A stretch of DNA of 64,000 bases from Pseudomonadota bacterium (GCA_021794275.1 JAJYRD010000010.1:76085-140084), one strand, 5' to 3'; counted from the stretch's first letter, positions 10,020-20,591 are shown. Made by a program: numbers and translations. Notes: generated by a model from the sequence alone, not told the origin.

Positions 10020-11025
10020 GCTGCTCCCCTTGCCCGAGCGGACCGATCCAGCGCGGATCCGGTTGGTCATCCAGACAATACTTGTTCAAGTCTTCCACGC
10101 GCGGCTCCGGGCTTTCCTCGGCAAACCGTACGATGTCGTTTTCGATCTCCTCGAGCACCGACTTCTCCATGGCGGCGATATCCTTCTCGGTCAAAATCTT
10201 CGCCTTTTTGAGGCGCTCACCATAGATCTTGAGCGGATCGCGCTCCATCCACAGCCGCTCTTCTTCCTTCGAACGGTAGGCGTTCGAATCCGACATCGAA
10301 TGCCCTCGCTGACGATAGGTCATGAATTCTATGAAATAAGGACCCCTGCCGCTGCGCACATGGGCGATGGCGTCAGTGGCTGCGGCCATGACGACATCGA
10401 TATCCTGGCCGTCGTGCTGACTGCTCGGGATGTCATAGGCGACGACCCGTTTATACTGGTCGGTCACGGCCGTCGAGCGGTCGATGCGGGTGCCGATGGC
10501 GTACAGATTGTTCTCGCAGACGAAGAGGACTGGCAGCTTCCAGACCGATGCCATATTCATGGTCTCGTGGAAGGTGCCCTGATTGTTCGCGCCATCGCCA
10601 AGGAAACAAATCGCGATCTGATCGGTACCCTTATGCTTGCAGGCAAGCGCGAGTCCGGCAGCCAAGGGGAACGGCTGACCAACAAGGGCATAGCCACCCA
10701 TGAAATGCACCGTCGGATCGAAGATATGCATGGATCCGCCACGGCCGCGGCTTGATCCGGTCTCCTTGCCATACAGTTCGGCCATGACTTCGCGCGCCGG
10801 GGCGCCGGCCTTGATGGCGTGGATATGGTCGCGGTAACCGGTAATGACGTAATCGTGACCGCAGCGCGCCATCTCCAGCACCCCGGTGGCTACCGCCTCC
10901 TGTCCCGAATAGAGGTGCAGGAAGCCGCCGATCTTGCGCTCCATGTAGGCCTCGAACGAGCGTTCCTCGAACCGGCGGTAGAAAATCATCTCGCGCAACA
11001 GGCGTTTCTGATCGCTTGCGTTCAT
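10012..11025 (-). CDS. pdhA: Pyruvate (2-oxoacid) dehydrogenase E1 alpha subunit, TPP-dependent
   Basis: TPP motif FLGDGANNQGTFHE...N, full-length E1-alpha pattern. Confidence 0.9.
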   Translation of the reverse strand: MNASDQKRLLREMIFYRRFEERSFEAYMERKIGGFLHLYSGQEAVATGVLEMARCGHDYVITGYRDHIHAIKAGAPAREVMAELYGKETGSSRGRGGSMHIFDPTVHFMGGYALVGQPFPLAAGLALACKHKGTDQIAICFLGDGANNQGTFHETMNMASVWKLPVLFVCENNLYAIGTRIDRSTAVTDQYKRVVAYDIPSSQHDGQDIDVVMAAATDAIAHVRSGRGPYFIEFMTYRQRGHSMSDSNAYRSKEEERLWMERDPLKIYGERLKKAKILTEKDIAAMEKSVLEEIENDIVRFAEESPEPRVEDLNKYCLDDQPDPRWIGPLGQGEQHG

Positions 11026-11142
11026 TTCTTTCCTGTTTATTTTGGGTGGGGCCCGCCTGAGCCCCAGGCACAGACGACCCGTGCGCCAGGCCCGAGCGCG
11101 GAGGTATGATCGGGGTTTTGTGACGAGAGGTCAAGGTAAAGT

Positions 11143-12606
11143 ATGACGACATTCAAGGCCCCGCGCGTACGCTACAAGGAAAACGCCAACCTCACGACCG
11201 GCCTTGCCGCCTATCAGCACATCGCCCTCATCGTAGGCGGCCTTGCGGACCTCGCCCACGCCCCGTTCGGCGATATCCTCCAAAAGCGCATGAAGGCGCA
11301 GGCCGTCACGGTGAAGCCGGGCGCGACCTTCCTCACCGAGGCGCCGGATGAGGCCGGCACGCGACTTGCCGTAGGATTTGTAGACGAGACCCTAAGTCCG
11401 TTTGCGCTCCTAGAGCTCGCCCGCGGTCTCACGAGGTTCCGCTCAGGGGTCACGAAGGCCGCCCTGCTAGCCCTGGGACACGAGGGTGCCGTGCACAGAG
11501 AGGCTTTGCGTGCCCTCGTGCGGACAGTCTACGCACAGGCGCCGCTACCGTCATGGCAGGCCGAACGCAGCGAGACCATGCCGGCCTCAATCGACGTCTA
11601 CGGCGCGAACGACGACGACGCCGCCTTGCGTGCCAGCGCCTACGGCAATCATCTCGCGCGCGCCCTGTCAGTGCTTCCGGAAAACGAACTTGGCCCCGCG
11701 CAGTATGTGAAGCGCGTCAAGAAACTCGCCGCCGAGAACGGCTGGCGCCTGCGTTTCCTGGACGAAAAACGTCTCGCGACACTCGGCGCCGGCGCCTTTC
11801 TGGCGGTGACCCGCACCCGCGCAGTGGGGTCGGGCATCGCGCACTTGCGTTACACCCCACGCAAAGCCTCCAAGCGCCCCATAGCCCTGGTCGGCAAGGG
11901 GATTTGCTTCGACACAGGCGGCGTCAACCTGAAACCCGCGCGCCACATGTACGGGATGCACGAGGACATGGCCGGGAGCGCGGTGGCCCTGGGCACGCTC
12001 TCGGCGCTTACCCGCTTGCAGGCACCCTTCCAGGTGGACTGCTACCTCGCCATCGCCGAAAACGCCATTGGTCCCGCGAGCTACCGGCCCAACGAGGTCG
12101 TGCGCGCCGCCGATGGCACGACCATAGAGGTCGTGCATACAGATGCCGAGGGGCGCATGGTGCTGGCAGACACACTAGTGCTCGCCTCCCGCGAACGGCC
12201 TGGTCTCATCATCGACTACGCGACCCTCACCGGCGCGTGCGTGTACTCGCTCGGGACCCGCATGACGGGCGTTTTCACGAACCGTCCGGCGCTCATTCCA
12301 CGGCTCATCGAAGCGGGCCGTGCAAGCGGCGAGCGGGTATGGCCCTTCCCACTCGAAGACGATTACAACGCCGACCTGAAAAGCGACATCGCCGACGTCA
12401 AGCAATGCACGCTCGAAGGCGAAGCGGATCACATCCTGGCGGCGCTCTTCCTGAAGCGCTTCATCGCCCACGATCCCACCTGGATCCATCTGGATCTTTC
12501 GGCGGGACGCCATAAAGGAGGACTCGGTGCGATCCCCTCGGATGTCACGGGATTTGGCGTCGATTTCACCCTGGCCTTGCTCGCCGATCCAGGGTTCGAA
12601 TGGTAG
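11143..12606 (+). CDS. M17 leucyl aminopeptidase family protein
   Basis: VGKGICFDTGGVNLKP, MHEDMAGSA and HTDAEGRMVLAD metal-site motifs. Confidence 0.85.
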   Translation: MTTFKAPRVRYKENANLTTGLAAYQHIALIVGGLADLAHAPFGDILQKRMKAQAVTVKPGATFLTEAPDEAGTRLAVGFVDETLSPFALLELARGLTRFRSGVTKAALLALGHEGAVHREALRALVRTVYAQAPLPSWQAERSETMPASIDVYGANDDDAALRASAYGNHLARALSVLPENELGPAQYVKRVKKLAAENGWRLRFLDEKRLATLGAGAFLAVTRTRAVGSGIAHLRYTPRKASKRPIALVGKGICFDTGGVNLKPARHMYGMHEDMAGSAVALGTLSALTRLQAPFQVDCYLAIAENAIGPASYRPNEVVRAADGTTIEVVHTDAEGRMVLADTLVLASRERPGLIIDYATLTGACVYSLGTRMTGVFTNRPALIPRLIEAGRASGERVWPFPLEDDYNADLKSDIADVKQCTLEGEADHILAALFLKRFIAHDPTWIHLDLSAGRHKGGLGAIPSDVTGFGVDFTLALLADPGFEW

Positions 12607-12706
12607 GTCTTGCCGCCCAGACTGGATTTTAGGAAGCCGGGGCGGTAAGATTCGCCCTTTGATCGGACTGCCTGTCGCCACAGGCGGCCGCGATCCTTAA
12701 ATCGTT

Positions 12707-12738
12707 AAGCGCCCCCACCTTGGGGCGCTTTATATTTT
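12707..12738 (+). terminator. Rho-independent terminator after the aminopeptidase gene
   Basis: AAGCGCCCC-acct-TGGGGCGCTT followed by a T-rich tract. It lies only about 10 nt before the argD ATG. Confidence 0.5.
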
Positions 12739-12747
12739 GGGGGCGCG

Positions 12748-13929
12748 ATGCCAACCGAACACTATCTCATGACGACCTACGGGCGACTTCCCGTTGCCTT
12801 CACGCATGGCGAAGGGGCCTGGCTCTGGGACGAGGAAGGCCGTAAGTATCTGGACGGCCTCGCCGGCGTCGCGGTCAACGCCCTGGGCCACGCCCACCCG
12901 GCGGTCGTCGAGGCGGTCTGCGCCCAATCCCGGCGACTAATCCACGTCTCCAACTGGTACCACAATCGCGAACAGGAGGCCCTCGGCCGGAAACTGTGCG
13001 AGGTGGCATCCATGGACCGGGCATTCTTCGCAAACTCCGGGGCCGAAGCCAATGAGGCGGCCTTGAAGCTCGCGCGACTGCACGGACACCGCAAAGGGGT
13101 CGAGGCGCCGGCTGTGATCGTCATGGAAGGAAGCTTTCATGGGCGCACCCTGGGAACCCTGAGCGCCTCCGGAAGCCGCAAGGTTCAAGCCGGCTTCGAG
13201 CCCCTGGTGCCAGGCTTTCGGCGCGTGCCATTCAACGATCTCGGAGCGGTGCGCCAGGTGCGCGAGCGGGATCAGACCGTAGTCGCGGTGCTGGTGGAGC
13301 CCGTCCTCGGAGAGGGCGGCATCCAGATCCCGGATGCAGATTACCTAAAGGGCCTGCGCAAGATCTGCGACGAAGCAGGTTGGCTCCTCATCCTCGATGA
13401 GATCCAGACCGGCATGTGCCGGAGCGGCTCGTGGTTCGCCTGGCAACAAGAAGGGGCGCGACCGGATGTCATGACGGTAGCCAAGGCCCTGGGTAACGGG
13501 CTGCCGATCGGGGCATGCCTCGCGCACGGCGCGGCCGCCGAGTTGTTTCATCCCGGGCAACATGGCTCGACGTTCGGCGGCAACCCCCTGGCGACAGCCG
13601 TGGGCCTTGCGGTCGTCGAGACGCTCGATGCCATGCGGGCCTGGGAGCGGGCAGAGGCGCTTGGCGCGCAACTTCTCGCCGACCTGCAGGGTCGTCTGCG
13701 CGAAACCGCGGGCGTCAAGGCGATACGTGGTCAAGGCCTCCTTCTCGGCGTAGAGCTCGATCGCCCTGCGCATCCCGTCATGAAGCTCGCCTTGGACCGC
13801 GGCGTTCTGATCAATGTCACCGCCGAACGGGTCATCCGCCTCCTGCCGCCGCTCATACTAAGCGACGAAGAGGCAGGCCTCCTCGCGCAAGGGACGGCCG
13901 CCGCGATCCAGGAGTTTTTGGCGCCATGA
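12748..13929 (+). CDS. argD: Acetylornithine aminotransferase (class III aminotransferase)
   Basis: Full-length ArgD pattern; PLP-lysine context DVMTVAKALGNG. Confidence 0.9.
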   Translation: MPTEHYLMTTYGRLPVAFTHGEGAWLWDEEGRKYLDGLAGVAVNALGHAHPAVVEAVCAQSRRLIHVSNWYHNREQEALGRKLCEVASMDRAFFANSGAEANEAALKLARLHGHRKGVEAPAVIVMEGSFHGRTLGTLSASGSRKVQAGFEPLVPGFRRVPFNDLGAVRQVRERDQTVVAVLVEPVLGEGGIQIPDADYLKGLRKICDEAGWLLILDEIQTGMCRSGSWFAWQQEGARPDVMTVAKALGNGLPIGACLAHGAAAELFHPGQHGSTFGGNPLATAVGLAVVETLDAMRAWERAEALGAQLLADLQGRLRETAGVKAIRGQGLLLGVELDRPAHPVMKLALDRGVLINVTAERVIRLLPPLILSDEEAGLLAQGTAAAIQEFLAP

Positions 13930-14825
13930 CCAGGCACTTCCTGAGCCTCCTGGATTGCACGCCCAAGGAGCTGCGCATGCTGGTCGAGCGCGCGGTCACC
14001 CTGAAGGCCATCCTGCGCAGGCGCGAACCTCATGAATACCTGCGCGGCTCGAGCCTCGCCCTCATCTTCGAGAAATCCTCGACCCGCACGCGGGTGTCGT
14101 TCGAGGCCGGCATCACGCAACTTGGGGGCAATAGCATGTTTCTCGCGCCCGCCGAACTCCAGCTCGGACGGGGCGAACCGCTCGAAGACACGGCCCGCGT
14201 GATCTCGCGCATGGTCGACGCCATCGTCATTCGCACCCACGAACACGCCAAGCTCGCGGCCTTCGCGTCCCAGTCGCGGGTCCCGGTCATCAACGCCCTG
14301 ACGGACCGGTTCCACCCCTGCCAACTCTTGGCCGACATGCAGACCTACTTCGAGCACCGGGGTGACATCGCGGGACGCACGGTGGCCTGGATCGGCGATG
14401 GCAACAACGTCTGCCAGTCCTGGATCAATGCGGCGCGACAGTTCGGCTTTACCCTGCGTATCGCCACCCCGCCGGGCTACGGCCCGGACCCCGAGATCCT
14501 GGGCGCCGCCGGGGATGCCGCCCGGCCGGTCGCTACCCCGCAGGAGGCGGCCACGGGCGCCGACCTCGTGGTGACCGACACCTGGGCAAGCATGGGGCAG
14601 GAATCGGAGAAAGAGGTGCGCGCGCGCGCCTTCCAGGGATTCTGCGTCGACGCGCGCCTCATGGAGATCACCGCCCCGGATGCACTCTTCATGCATTGCC
14701 TGCCCGCCTACCGCGGGGTCGAAGTCGCAAGCGATGTCATAGATGGACCGCGCAGCGTGGTCTGGGACGAGGCCGAAAACCGCCTCCATGCCCAGAAGGC
14801 GCTCCTGGAATTCCTGCTCGCCTGA
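13926..14825 (+). CDS. argF: Ornithine carbamoyltransferase
   Basis: SSTRTRVSFE, HPCQLLAD and FMHCLPA motifs. The ATG at 13926 overlaps the argD stop (ATGA). The track ORF from 13515 is an artefactual 5' extension. Confidence 0.92.
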   Translation: MTRHFLSLLDCTPKELRMLVERAVTLKAILRRREPHEYLRGSSLALIFEKSSTRTRVSFEAGITQLGGNSMFLAPAELQLGRGEPLEDTARVISRMVDAIVIRTHEHAKLAAFASQSRVPVINALTDRFHPCQLLADMQTYFEHRGDIAGRTVAWIGDGNNVCQSWINAARQFGFTLRIATPPGYGPDPEILGAAGDAARPVATPQEAATGADLVVTDTWASMGQESEKEVRARAFQGFCVDARLMEITAPDALFMHCLPAYRGVEVASDVIDGPRSVVWDEAENRLHAQKALLEFLLA

Positions 14826-14847
14826 GCCTCGTACGAGAGATCCGGGC

Positions 14848-15630
14848 CTATCGACGGTAATCGAACAAGAGCCGTGGATAAGGCGCGCAGCGCCGGCAAA
14901 GAAAAACGATCTGCCGGAAGAAGATGCGCGCCTGCCCCCACACCTCTTGCGCAATCGCGCTGTCGAAATGGCGGCCAGTCGGGTTCGCGGCCGCCGGATC
15001 GATATTGTAGTAATGCACGATCAGGGGCTTGCCGTAGAACCGCATGCGGGCCTCAAAGGCCTGGAGCTTCGCCGGTGCCGTGGTCTTCTGGAACGCGACG
15101 AGCAGGACCTTGGACTTCAGTTTACGCAAGAGAGCGGGTTTGGCCGACACGCCGCCGTCGCAAAGGACGGTCCCGGAGACATCGGACGGATCTGCCGCGC
15201 TCGCCTGAATGGACTGGAGGGCCCCCGCCCGCCCCCAGCCGAAGGTCACGATCTTGCGACCCGGCGCGCTCAGGTAATGGAGCGCGGCGCGTTCGCGGGC
15301 GACCGAGCGCCCATGGGTACCGGTGGGCGCACTGCCGTCCTTATGCTTGGACCCAAGCCCCATGGTCAGGACCCGGTAACCCTGCGCGCCCACGCGGTCG
15401 GCCCACGCCAGCGTATGCTGGTCGAGGCCGGCCTTGCCGGGCAACAGCAGAAGCCCGACGCGGGCCGATGGCGGGCCCGTGCGATACACATCGAACCGCC
15501 GACCGCTCTTAGTCGTCAGTTGCACGAACTTTCCGGAAAACGCCCGACACGACAGGTCGGGAAACTTGTGGGCGAGCACCGAGGCGCTTACCAAGGCCGC
15601 CACCAGGCCCGCCACTATTCCACGCAACAT
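14848..15630 (-). CDS. Secreted alpha/beta-hydrolase-fold (dienelactone-hydrolase-like) protein, possibly non-catalytic
   Basis: Signal-peptide-like N-terminus MLRGIVAGLVAALVSASVLA. By-eye similarity to the DLH fold, but the nucleophile position reads GWGRAG rather than G-x-C/S-x-G. Weak call. Confidence 0.4.
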   Translation of the reverse strand: MLRGIVAGLVAALVSASVLAHKFPDLSCRAFSGKFVQLTTKSGRRFDVYRTGPPSARVGLLLLPGKAGLDQHTLAWADRVGAQGYRVLTMGLGSKHKDGSAPTGTHGRSVARERAALHYLSAPGRKIVTFGWGRAGALQSIQASAADPSDVSGTVLCDGGVSAKPALLRKLKSKVLLVAFQKTTAPAKLQAFEARMRFYGKPLIVHYYNIDPAAANPTGRHFDSAIAQEVWGQARIFFRQIVFLCRRCAPYPRLLFDYRR

Positions 15631-15864
15631 CCTCACTCCTCGCGTTACGTCGGGTCCCCCCGCACGTATCATGCCGCCGGGCATTATGATGGCTTAACCC
15701 CATCGACCTCAAGCGTCGATCCCGCGCCATCTCGTGCGTCCGCGAAGCCTACCCTATTCGCGCCCCCGGGCAAGAGACAGGGACGATGAACGGGGGCGCC
15801 GAGGTGCCATGCGGAAACCTGCCGTCGGGAGCAACTTCCGCAGGCCCGGTGTATACTTTGGCCT

Positions 15865-17538
15865 ATGCCTATCCCTTATATTTTTACCATGCAGCGGGTG
15901 ACCAAGGTCGTCCCGCCGTCGCGCGAAATTCTGAAGAATATCTCGCTCTCGTTCTTCCCCGGCGCCAAGATCGGCGTGCTCGGGTTGAACGGCGCCGGGA
16001 AATCGACCCTCTTGCGGATCATGGCGGGCGTCGACCGGGATTTCGACGGCGAGGCCCAGCCTGCCCCGGGAATCCGCATCGGTTACCTCCCGCAGGAGCC
16101 GATACTGGATCCGACCAAGGACGTCCGCGGAAACATCGAGGAGGGGGTGGCGGCCACCAAGGCCCTGCTCGAACGCTTTAATACCATAAGTCTCAGATTC
16201 GGCGAACCGCTCTCCGACGACGAGATGAACGCCTTGATCGAGGAGCAGGCGGAGGTCCAGGGCGAGATAGACGCGGCCGGAGCCTGGGAGCTGGAACGGA
16301 AACTGGAGATCGCAGCCGAGGCGCTACGGCTACCCCCCTTCGATGCCGACGTTACAGTGCTTTCGGGGGGCGAGCGTCGTCGCGTGGCGCTCTGCCGGCT
16401 GCTCCTGTCGGAACCAGACATGCTCCTGCTGGATGAGCCCACCAACCATTTGGACGCGGAATCGGTGGCCTGGCTCGAACGGTTCCTTAAGGACTACAAG
16501 GGAACGGTCGTGGCGGTGACCCATGACCGGTACTTCCTGGACAACGTGGCCGGCTGGATCCTCGAACTCGACCGTGGCCAGGGCATTCCCTGGGAAGGCA
16601 ACTACTCCTCCTGGCTCGATCAGAAGGAAAAACGGCTCGCGATCGAGGAAAAACAGGAATCCGCGCGGGCACGGACCATCAAGCGCGAGCTCGAGTGGGT
16701 GCGCACGGCGCCCAAGGGGCGCCATGCCAAGAGCCGCGCGCGGCTCGCGGCCTACGAGGCCCTGGTAGCGCAGGATGTGGAGCAGCGCAACGAGACCCAG
16801 GATCTCTTCATACCCGCAGGCCCGCGGCTCGGGGACCTAGTCGTGGAGGCTTCGGACCTCACGAAGAGCTTCGGCGACCGTGTGCTCATGGAGCACGTGA
16901 ACTTCAAGCTGCCGCCGGGGGGCATAGTCGGGATCATAGGCCCGAACGGCGCGGGAAAGACCACGCTTTTTCGCATGATCGTGGGCGAGGAGAAACCCGA
17001 CGGCGGGGTGCTGCGTGTCGGTCCCACCGTGGTACCCGCGTACGTGAGCCAGACTCGCGACACCCTGGAGGGCAACAAGACCGTGTGGGCCGAGATCTCC
17101 GGCGGCTCGGATGTGATCCTCCTCGGCAAGCGCGAGGTCTCCTCGCGCGCCTATGTCGGGCGCTTCAATTTCCGCGGGGCCGACCAGCAAAAGTTCGTGA
17201 AGGACCTCTCGGGCGGCGAGCGCAATCGCGTCCACCTCGCCAAACTCCTGAAGAGCGGCGGTAATCTCCTGCTGCTTGACGAGCCGACCAATGACCTGGA
17301 CGTGGACACCTTGCGGGCCTTGGAAGAGGCCTTGCTCGAGTTCGGCGGCTGCGCGATCGTCATATCCCACGACCGCTGGTTCCTCGACCGCGTGGCGACC
17401 CACATCCTGGCCTTCGAAGGCGAAAGCCGGGTCGTATGGTTCGAGGGCAACTACGCGGACTACGAGGTCGACCGCAAACGTCGCCTGGGAGTGGAGGCCG
17501 ACCGGCCCACCCGCATAAAGTACAAGCGGTTGGCCTGA
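15865..17538 (+). CDS. ettA: Energy-dependent translational throttle protein EttA (ABC-F)
   Basis: [51 protein letters not shown] is near-identical in pattern to E. coli EttA. Two ABC cassettes. Confidence 0.93.
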   Translation: MPIPYIFTMQRVTKVVPPSREILKNISLSFFPGAKIGVLGLNGAGKSTLLRIMAGVDRDFDGEAQPAPGIRIGYLPQEPILDPTKDVRGNIEEGVAATKALLERFNTISLRFGEPLSDDEMNALIEEQAEVQGEIDAAGAWELERKLEIAAEALRLPPFDADVTVLSGGERRRVALCRLLLSEPDMLLLDEPTNHLDAESVAWLERFLKDYKGTVVAVTHDRYFLDNVAGWILELDRGQGIPWEGNYSSWLDQKEKRLAIEEKQESARARTIKRELEWVRTAPKGRHAKSRARLAAYEALVAQDVEQRNETQDLFIPAGPRLGDLVVEASDLTKSFGDRVLMEHVNFKLPPGGIVGIIGPNGAGKTTLFRMIVGEEKPDGGVLRVGPTVVPAYVSQTRDTLEGNKTVWAEISGGSDVILLGKREVSSRAYVGRFNFRGADQQKFVKDLSGGERNRVHLAKLLKSGGNLLLLDEPTNDLDVDTLRALEEALLEFGGCAIVISHDRWFLDRVATHILAFEGESRVVWFEGNYADYEVDRKRRLGVEADRPTRIKYKRLA

Positions 17539-17542
17539 CACC

Positions 17543-19399
17543 GTGCGCGGCTCCGAAGGTCGGTCCGGCGGAGCCCCTACAACAGGGCGGGGCCAGGACG
17601 CGACCGCCACACGCGGCCTGCTCTGGTCCACAATCAAAAGGCTCGCCCCCTACTTGTGGGAATACCGGCTGCGCGTGGGGTTCGCGCTCGCCTCGCTCAT
17701 CGTGGCGAAGGCGGCTGGGGTGGCTGTTCCCCTCGTCCTGAAGGACATCGTAAACGACCTCGACGGTGATCGCCCCGCGCTCATTGTGCCGGTGGCGCTG
17801 CTCGCCGCCTATGGGGCGTTGCGATTTGCCAACTCGCTTTTCGCCGAACTGCGTGATCTCGTGTTCGCGCGCGTGAAGCAGCGCGCCGTGCGGCGCGCGG
17901 CCACGACGGTCTTTCGCCACCTCCATGCCCTGTCCCTACGGTTCCACCTGGATCGGCAAACCGGTGCCGTGGCGCGCGACATAGAGCGCGGGAGTCGCGG
18001 CATTGCGCTCCTCCTGAATGTACTGCTCTTCAATATCATCCCCACGATCGTCGAGATCGCGCTAGTGGCAGGCATCCTGATCGCCAAATTCCGCTTCTGG
18101 TTCGCGGTCATCACCTTTTGCACGCTCGCGCTCTACGTCGGCTTCACCCTGTTCGTCACGGAATGGCGCACGGTCTTCAGGCGATCCATGAATGACATGG
18201 ATTCACGCGCCAACAACCACGCGATCGACAGTCTCCTGAACTACGAGACGGTGAAGTTTTTCGCAAACGAGGACTATGAATCCGGGCGCTATGACGCCCA
18301 TCTCGCAAAATGGGAGGATGCTGCGGTCAGAAACCAGTCATCGCTCGCCTTGCTGAATGCTGGACAGGCGGCCATCATCGCCGTCGGCACGACCGGTCTC
18401 ATGTTGCTCGCGGCCCAAGGTGTCGCCAACCACACCATGACCATAGGCGACCTTGTGCTGGTCAACGCGTTCTTGATCCAGCTCTTCATGCCCCTACACT
18501 TCCTGGGCTTCGTCTACCGCGAGATCAAGCACTCGCTTGCGGACATGGAAAAGATGTTCGCCCTCCTGGATGCGCCCGTCGATATCGCCGACGCCCCGGA
18601 TGCGCCGGACCTCACGGTCACGCGTGGCGAGGTGCGGTTCGACCACGTGGCCTTCTCCTATGGCGGCCAGCCACTTCTGGACCACGTGGATTTTACGGTC
18701 GCCCCCCAGTCGACCACCGCGGTGGTAGGACCGAGCGGTTCGGGGAAATCGACCGTCATGCGGCTTTTGGCGCGCCTCTACGATCCCGATGACGGCCGTA
18801 TCCTGATCGACGGACAGGACATTCGCGGCGTGACGCAAAATAGCCTGCGGCAGGTGATCGGCATAGTCCCGCAAGACCCCGTCCTCTTCAACGACAGCCT
18901 GTATGCCAACATCGCCTACGGGCGTCCGGGCGCGAGTCTCGATGAGGTGCAAGAAGCGGCGGAGCTTGCCCATCTGGGTCGCTTCATCGCGGCCCTGCCA
19001 AACGGTTACGAAACCCGGGTGGGTGAACGCGGTTTGAAGCTCTCGGGCGGAGAGAAGCAACGCGTGGCGATCGCCCGGACCCTGCTGAAGCGCCCCCGGA
19101 TACTGCTCTTCGATGAGGCCACGTCAGCGCTGGATGCGGCCTCCGAACGGGTGGTGCAGGAGGGCCTTGCGCTGCTCGCCCAGCGCCGGACGACCATCGT
19201 CGTGGCCCATAGGCTCGCGACCATACAGCACGCCGACCAAATCCTCGTCATGCGCGAGGGCCGGATCGTGGAACGCGGGCGCCATCGCGAACTCATTACG
19301 CAAGGCGGCCTCTACGCGGAACTCTGGGCCCTGCAACAAGAGACACACCGGCCGCCACAAGAGGAACCAGTCCCGACATTAAAGGCCTTGGGCCAATAA
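17543..19399 (+). CDS. ABC transporter, fused permease/ATPase (Atm1/HMT1-like exporter)
   Basis: Six-TM N-terminal half, Walker A GPSGSGKST, signature LSGGEKQRVAIAR. GTG start 4 nt after the ettA stop. Confidence 0.85.
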   Translation: MRGSEGRSGGAPTTGRGQDATATRGLLWSTIKRLAPYLWEYRLRVGFALASLIVAKAAGVAVPLVLKDIVNDLDGDRPALIVPVALLAAYGALRFANSLFAELRDLVFARVKQRAVRRAATTVFRHLHALSLRFHLDRQTGAVARDIERGSRGIALLLNVLLFNIIPTIVEIALVAGILIAKFRFWFAVITFCTLALYVGFTLFVTEWRTVFRRSMNDMDSRANNHAIDSLLNYETVKFFANEDYESGRYDAHLAKWEDAAVRNQSSLALLNAGQAAIIAVGTTGLMLLAAQGVANHTMTIGDLVLVNAFLIQLFMPLHFLGFVYREIKHSLADMEKMFALLDAPVDIADAPDAPDLTVTRGEVRFDHVAFSYGGQPLLDHVDFTVAPQSTTAVVGPSGSGKSTVMRLLARLYDPDDGRILIDGQDIRGVTQNSLRQVIGIVPQDPVLFNDSLYANIAYGRPGASLDEVQEAAELAHLGRFIAALPNGYETRVGERGLKLSGGEKQRVAIARTLLKRPRILLFDEATSALDAASERVVQEGLALLAQRRTTIVVAHRLATIQHADQILVMREGRIVERGRHRELITQGGLYAELWALQQETHRPPQEEPVPTLKALGQ

Positions 19400-19840
19400 G
19401 AGTCCGGCCAACAGGATCGCGACGGACAAAAGACCTATGGCGCGTCCGACGATGCGCGTGGCACGGGCTTCACCCGCACGATGGGCGCGGGGACCGAGCA
19501 CCGCATCGTGCCAAGCCGTGAGCGCGAGCACCAGCACGACCATCACGAGCTTTAGCCCTAAGGTGATGCCGAAAGGGTCCGCCCAAAACCGCCCCTGCAA
19601 AAGCATCCCTGGACTGATGCCGAGAAGCATCAGCAGCAGAGGACCCGTCACGATCAAGGTACCGAGCGCCACATAGGCCACGGGCCGAAACGCGCGGCCC
19701 AAGGCGTCGGGAATGCCGGCCCCGGGCGCAGCACGCGACGCCGGCACGACGGCAAATACGAAGAACAGCGCGCCACCCACCCACGCGGTGGCGGCCAGCA
19801 CATGGAGCGCGATCAGCGTAAGGAATACCGCCTCACCCAT
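19379..19840 (-). CDS. CopD-like four-helix integral membrane protein
   Basis: Four hydrophobic helices. The first has the H..A...W.GG pattern (LHVLAATAWVGG) typical of the CopD C-terminal domain. The ATG overlaps the DUF488 stop. Confidence 0.5.
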   Translation of the reverse strand: MGEAVFLTLIALHVLAATAWVGGALFFVFAVVPASRAAPGAGIPDALGRAFRPVAYVALGTLIVTGPLLLMLLGISPGMLLQGRFWADPFGITLGLKLVMVVLVLALTAWHDAVLGPRAHRAGEARATRIVGRAIGLLSVAILLAGLLLAQGL

Positions 19841-20207
19841 CCATGCGCTCCATCAGGTATTCACGCAGCACGATCGCGTTATTGTGGGTCTCGTCGCGCG
19901 CCGCGTACACCAGCATGATCCCGCCCTCGCGCGCCGCGGCCACGAGGGCATCGGTAACCTCTGGATGGGCGCGTAGTTCCGCAAGATAACGGCGGCGAAA
20001 CTCCGGGAAGCGCGCCGGCTCGTGCCCGAACCATTGGCGGAGCGGTGTCGTCGGCGCGGCGTCCTTAGCCCAGCCGGCCAAGCCCGCGGCGGTTTTTGTA
20101 AGGCCCCGGGGCCACACCCGATCGACCAGCCAGCGTGGGGGATCACCGGGCTCCGCCGGTTCATAGACGCGGCGCACGCCGATGCGGGGCGAACACGCGC
20201 GCTTCAC
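19833..20207 (-). CDS. DUF488 (YeaO-like) protein
   Basis: ..RVYEPAEPGDPPRWLVDRVWPRGLTK...LRQWFGHEPARFPEFRRRYLAEL matches the YeaO/DUF488 pattern. The GTG start at 20207 overlaps the upstream stop (GTGA). Confidence 0.75.
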   Translation of the reverse strand: MKRACSPRIGVRRVYEPAEPGDPPRWLVDRVWPRGLTKTAAGLAGWAKDAAPTTPLRQWFGHEPARFPEFRRRYLAELRAHPEVTDALVAAAREGGIMLVYAARDETHNNAIVLREYLMERMDG

Positions 20208-20452
20208 GCGACCTGCTGCGCGATCTTCAGGGCATCGCCGAGCGATTGGAGGCCCACGGCGGCGAGCTTGCCGTCGACCACCAGCGCCGGCACGGTGCGG
20301 ACGCGCAAGCTCGATACCAGTGCCCGCCCGGCGGGCTCGGCGATATCGAGGACCTGGTAATCGATCGGCTGGCGACGCGCCACCTCGCTCCATACCTGCT
20401 CGGCCTGGGGACAGACCGGGCACCACTTCGAGACCAACAGCCGTACTTCCAT
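20204..20452 (-). CDS. Small thioredoxin-fold protein with CPVC redox motif
   Basis: 82 aa, WCPVCP ... TVPALVVDG, and a GGAGG RBS 6 nt upstream. Confidence 0.6.
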   Translation of the reverse strand: MEVRLLVSKWCPVCPQAEQVWSEVARRQPIDYQVLDIAEPAGRALVSSLRVRTVPALVVDGKLAAVGLQSLGDALKIAQQVA

Positions 20453-20512
20453 CGCTCACCTCCAAAAATCATCCCTTGGACTCAGTCTACGAGCCACACC
20501 CGACATAGCTCC

Positions 20513-20526
20513 TTGATGGCCATCAA
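20513..20526. promoter_or_regulatory. FNR/Dnr-type box TTGATGGCCATCAA (perfect palindrome) between divergent genes
   Basis: Matches the canonical TTGAT-N4-ATCAA. On the minus strand it is followed after exactly 23 nt by TAGACTGAG (candidate -10, 20481-20489), which puts the box centre near -41.5. Confidence 0.6.
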
Positions 20527-20591
20527 GGATGACGGGGCGCGGGCTGTATGGTAATGATACCCCCCAGCACGGCGAGCGCCCAGGAGACGCA

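Noticed and set aside
12585-12600. GGTTCGAAT, a tRNA T-loop-like string
   Set aside because: It lies inside the last codons of the aminopeptidase gene (..DPGFEW). It is followed by GG rather than CC, and no acceptor or anticodon arms can be drawn.
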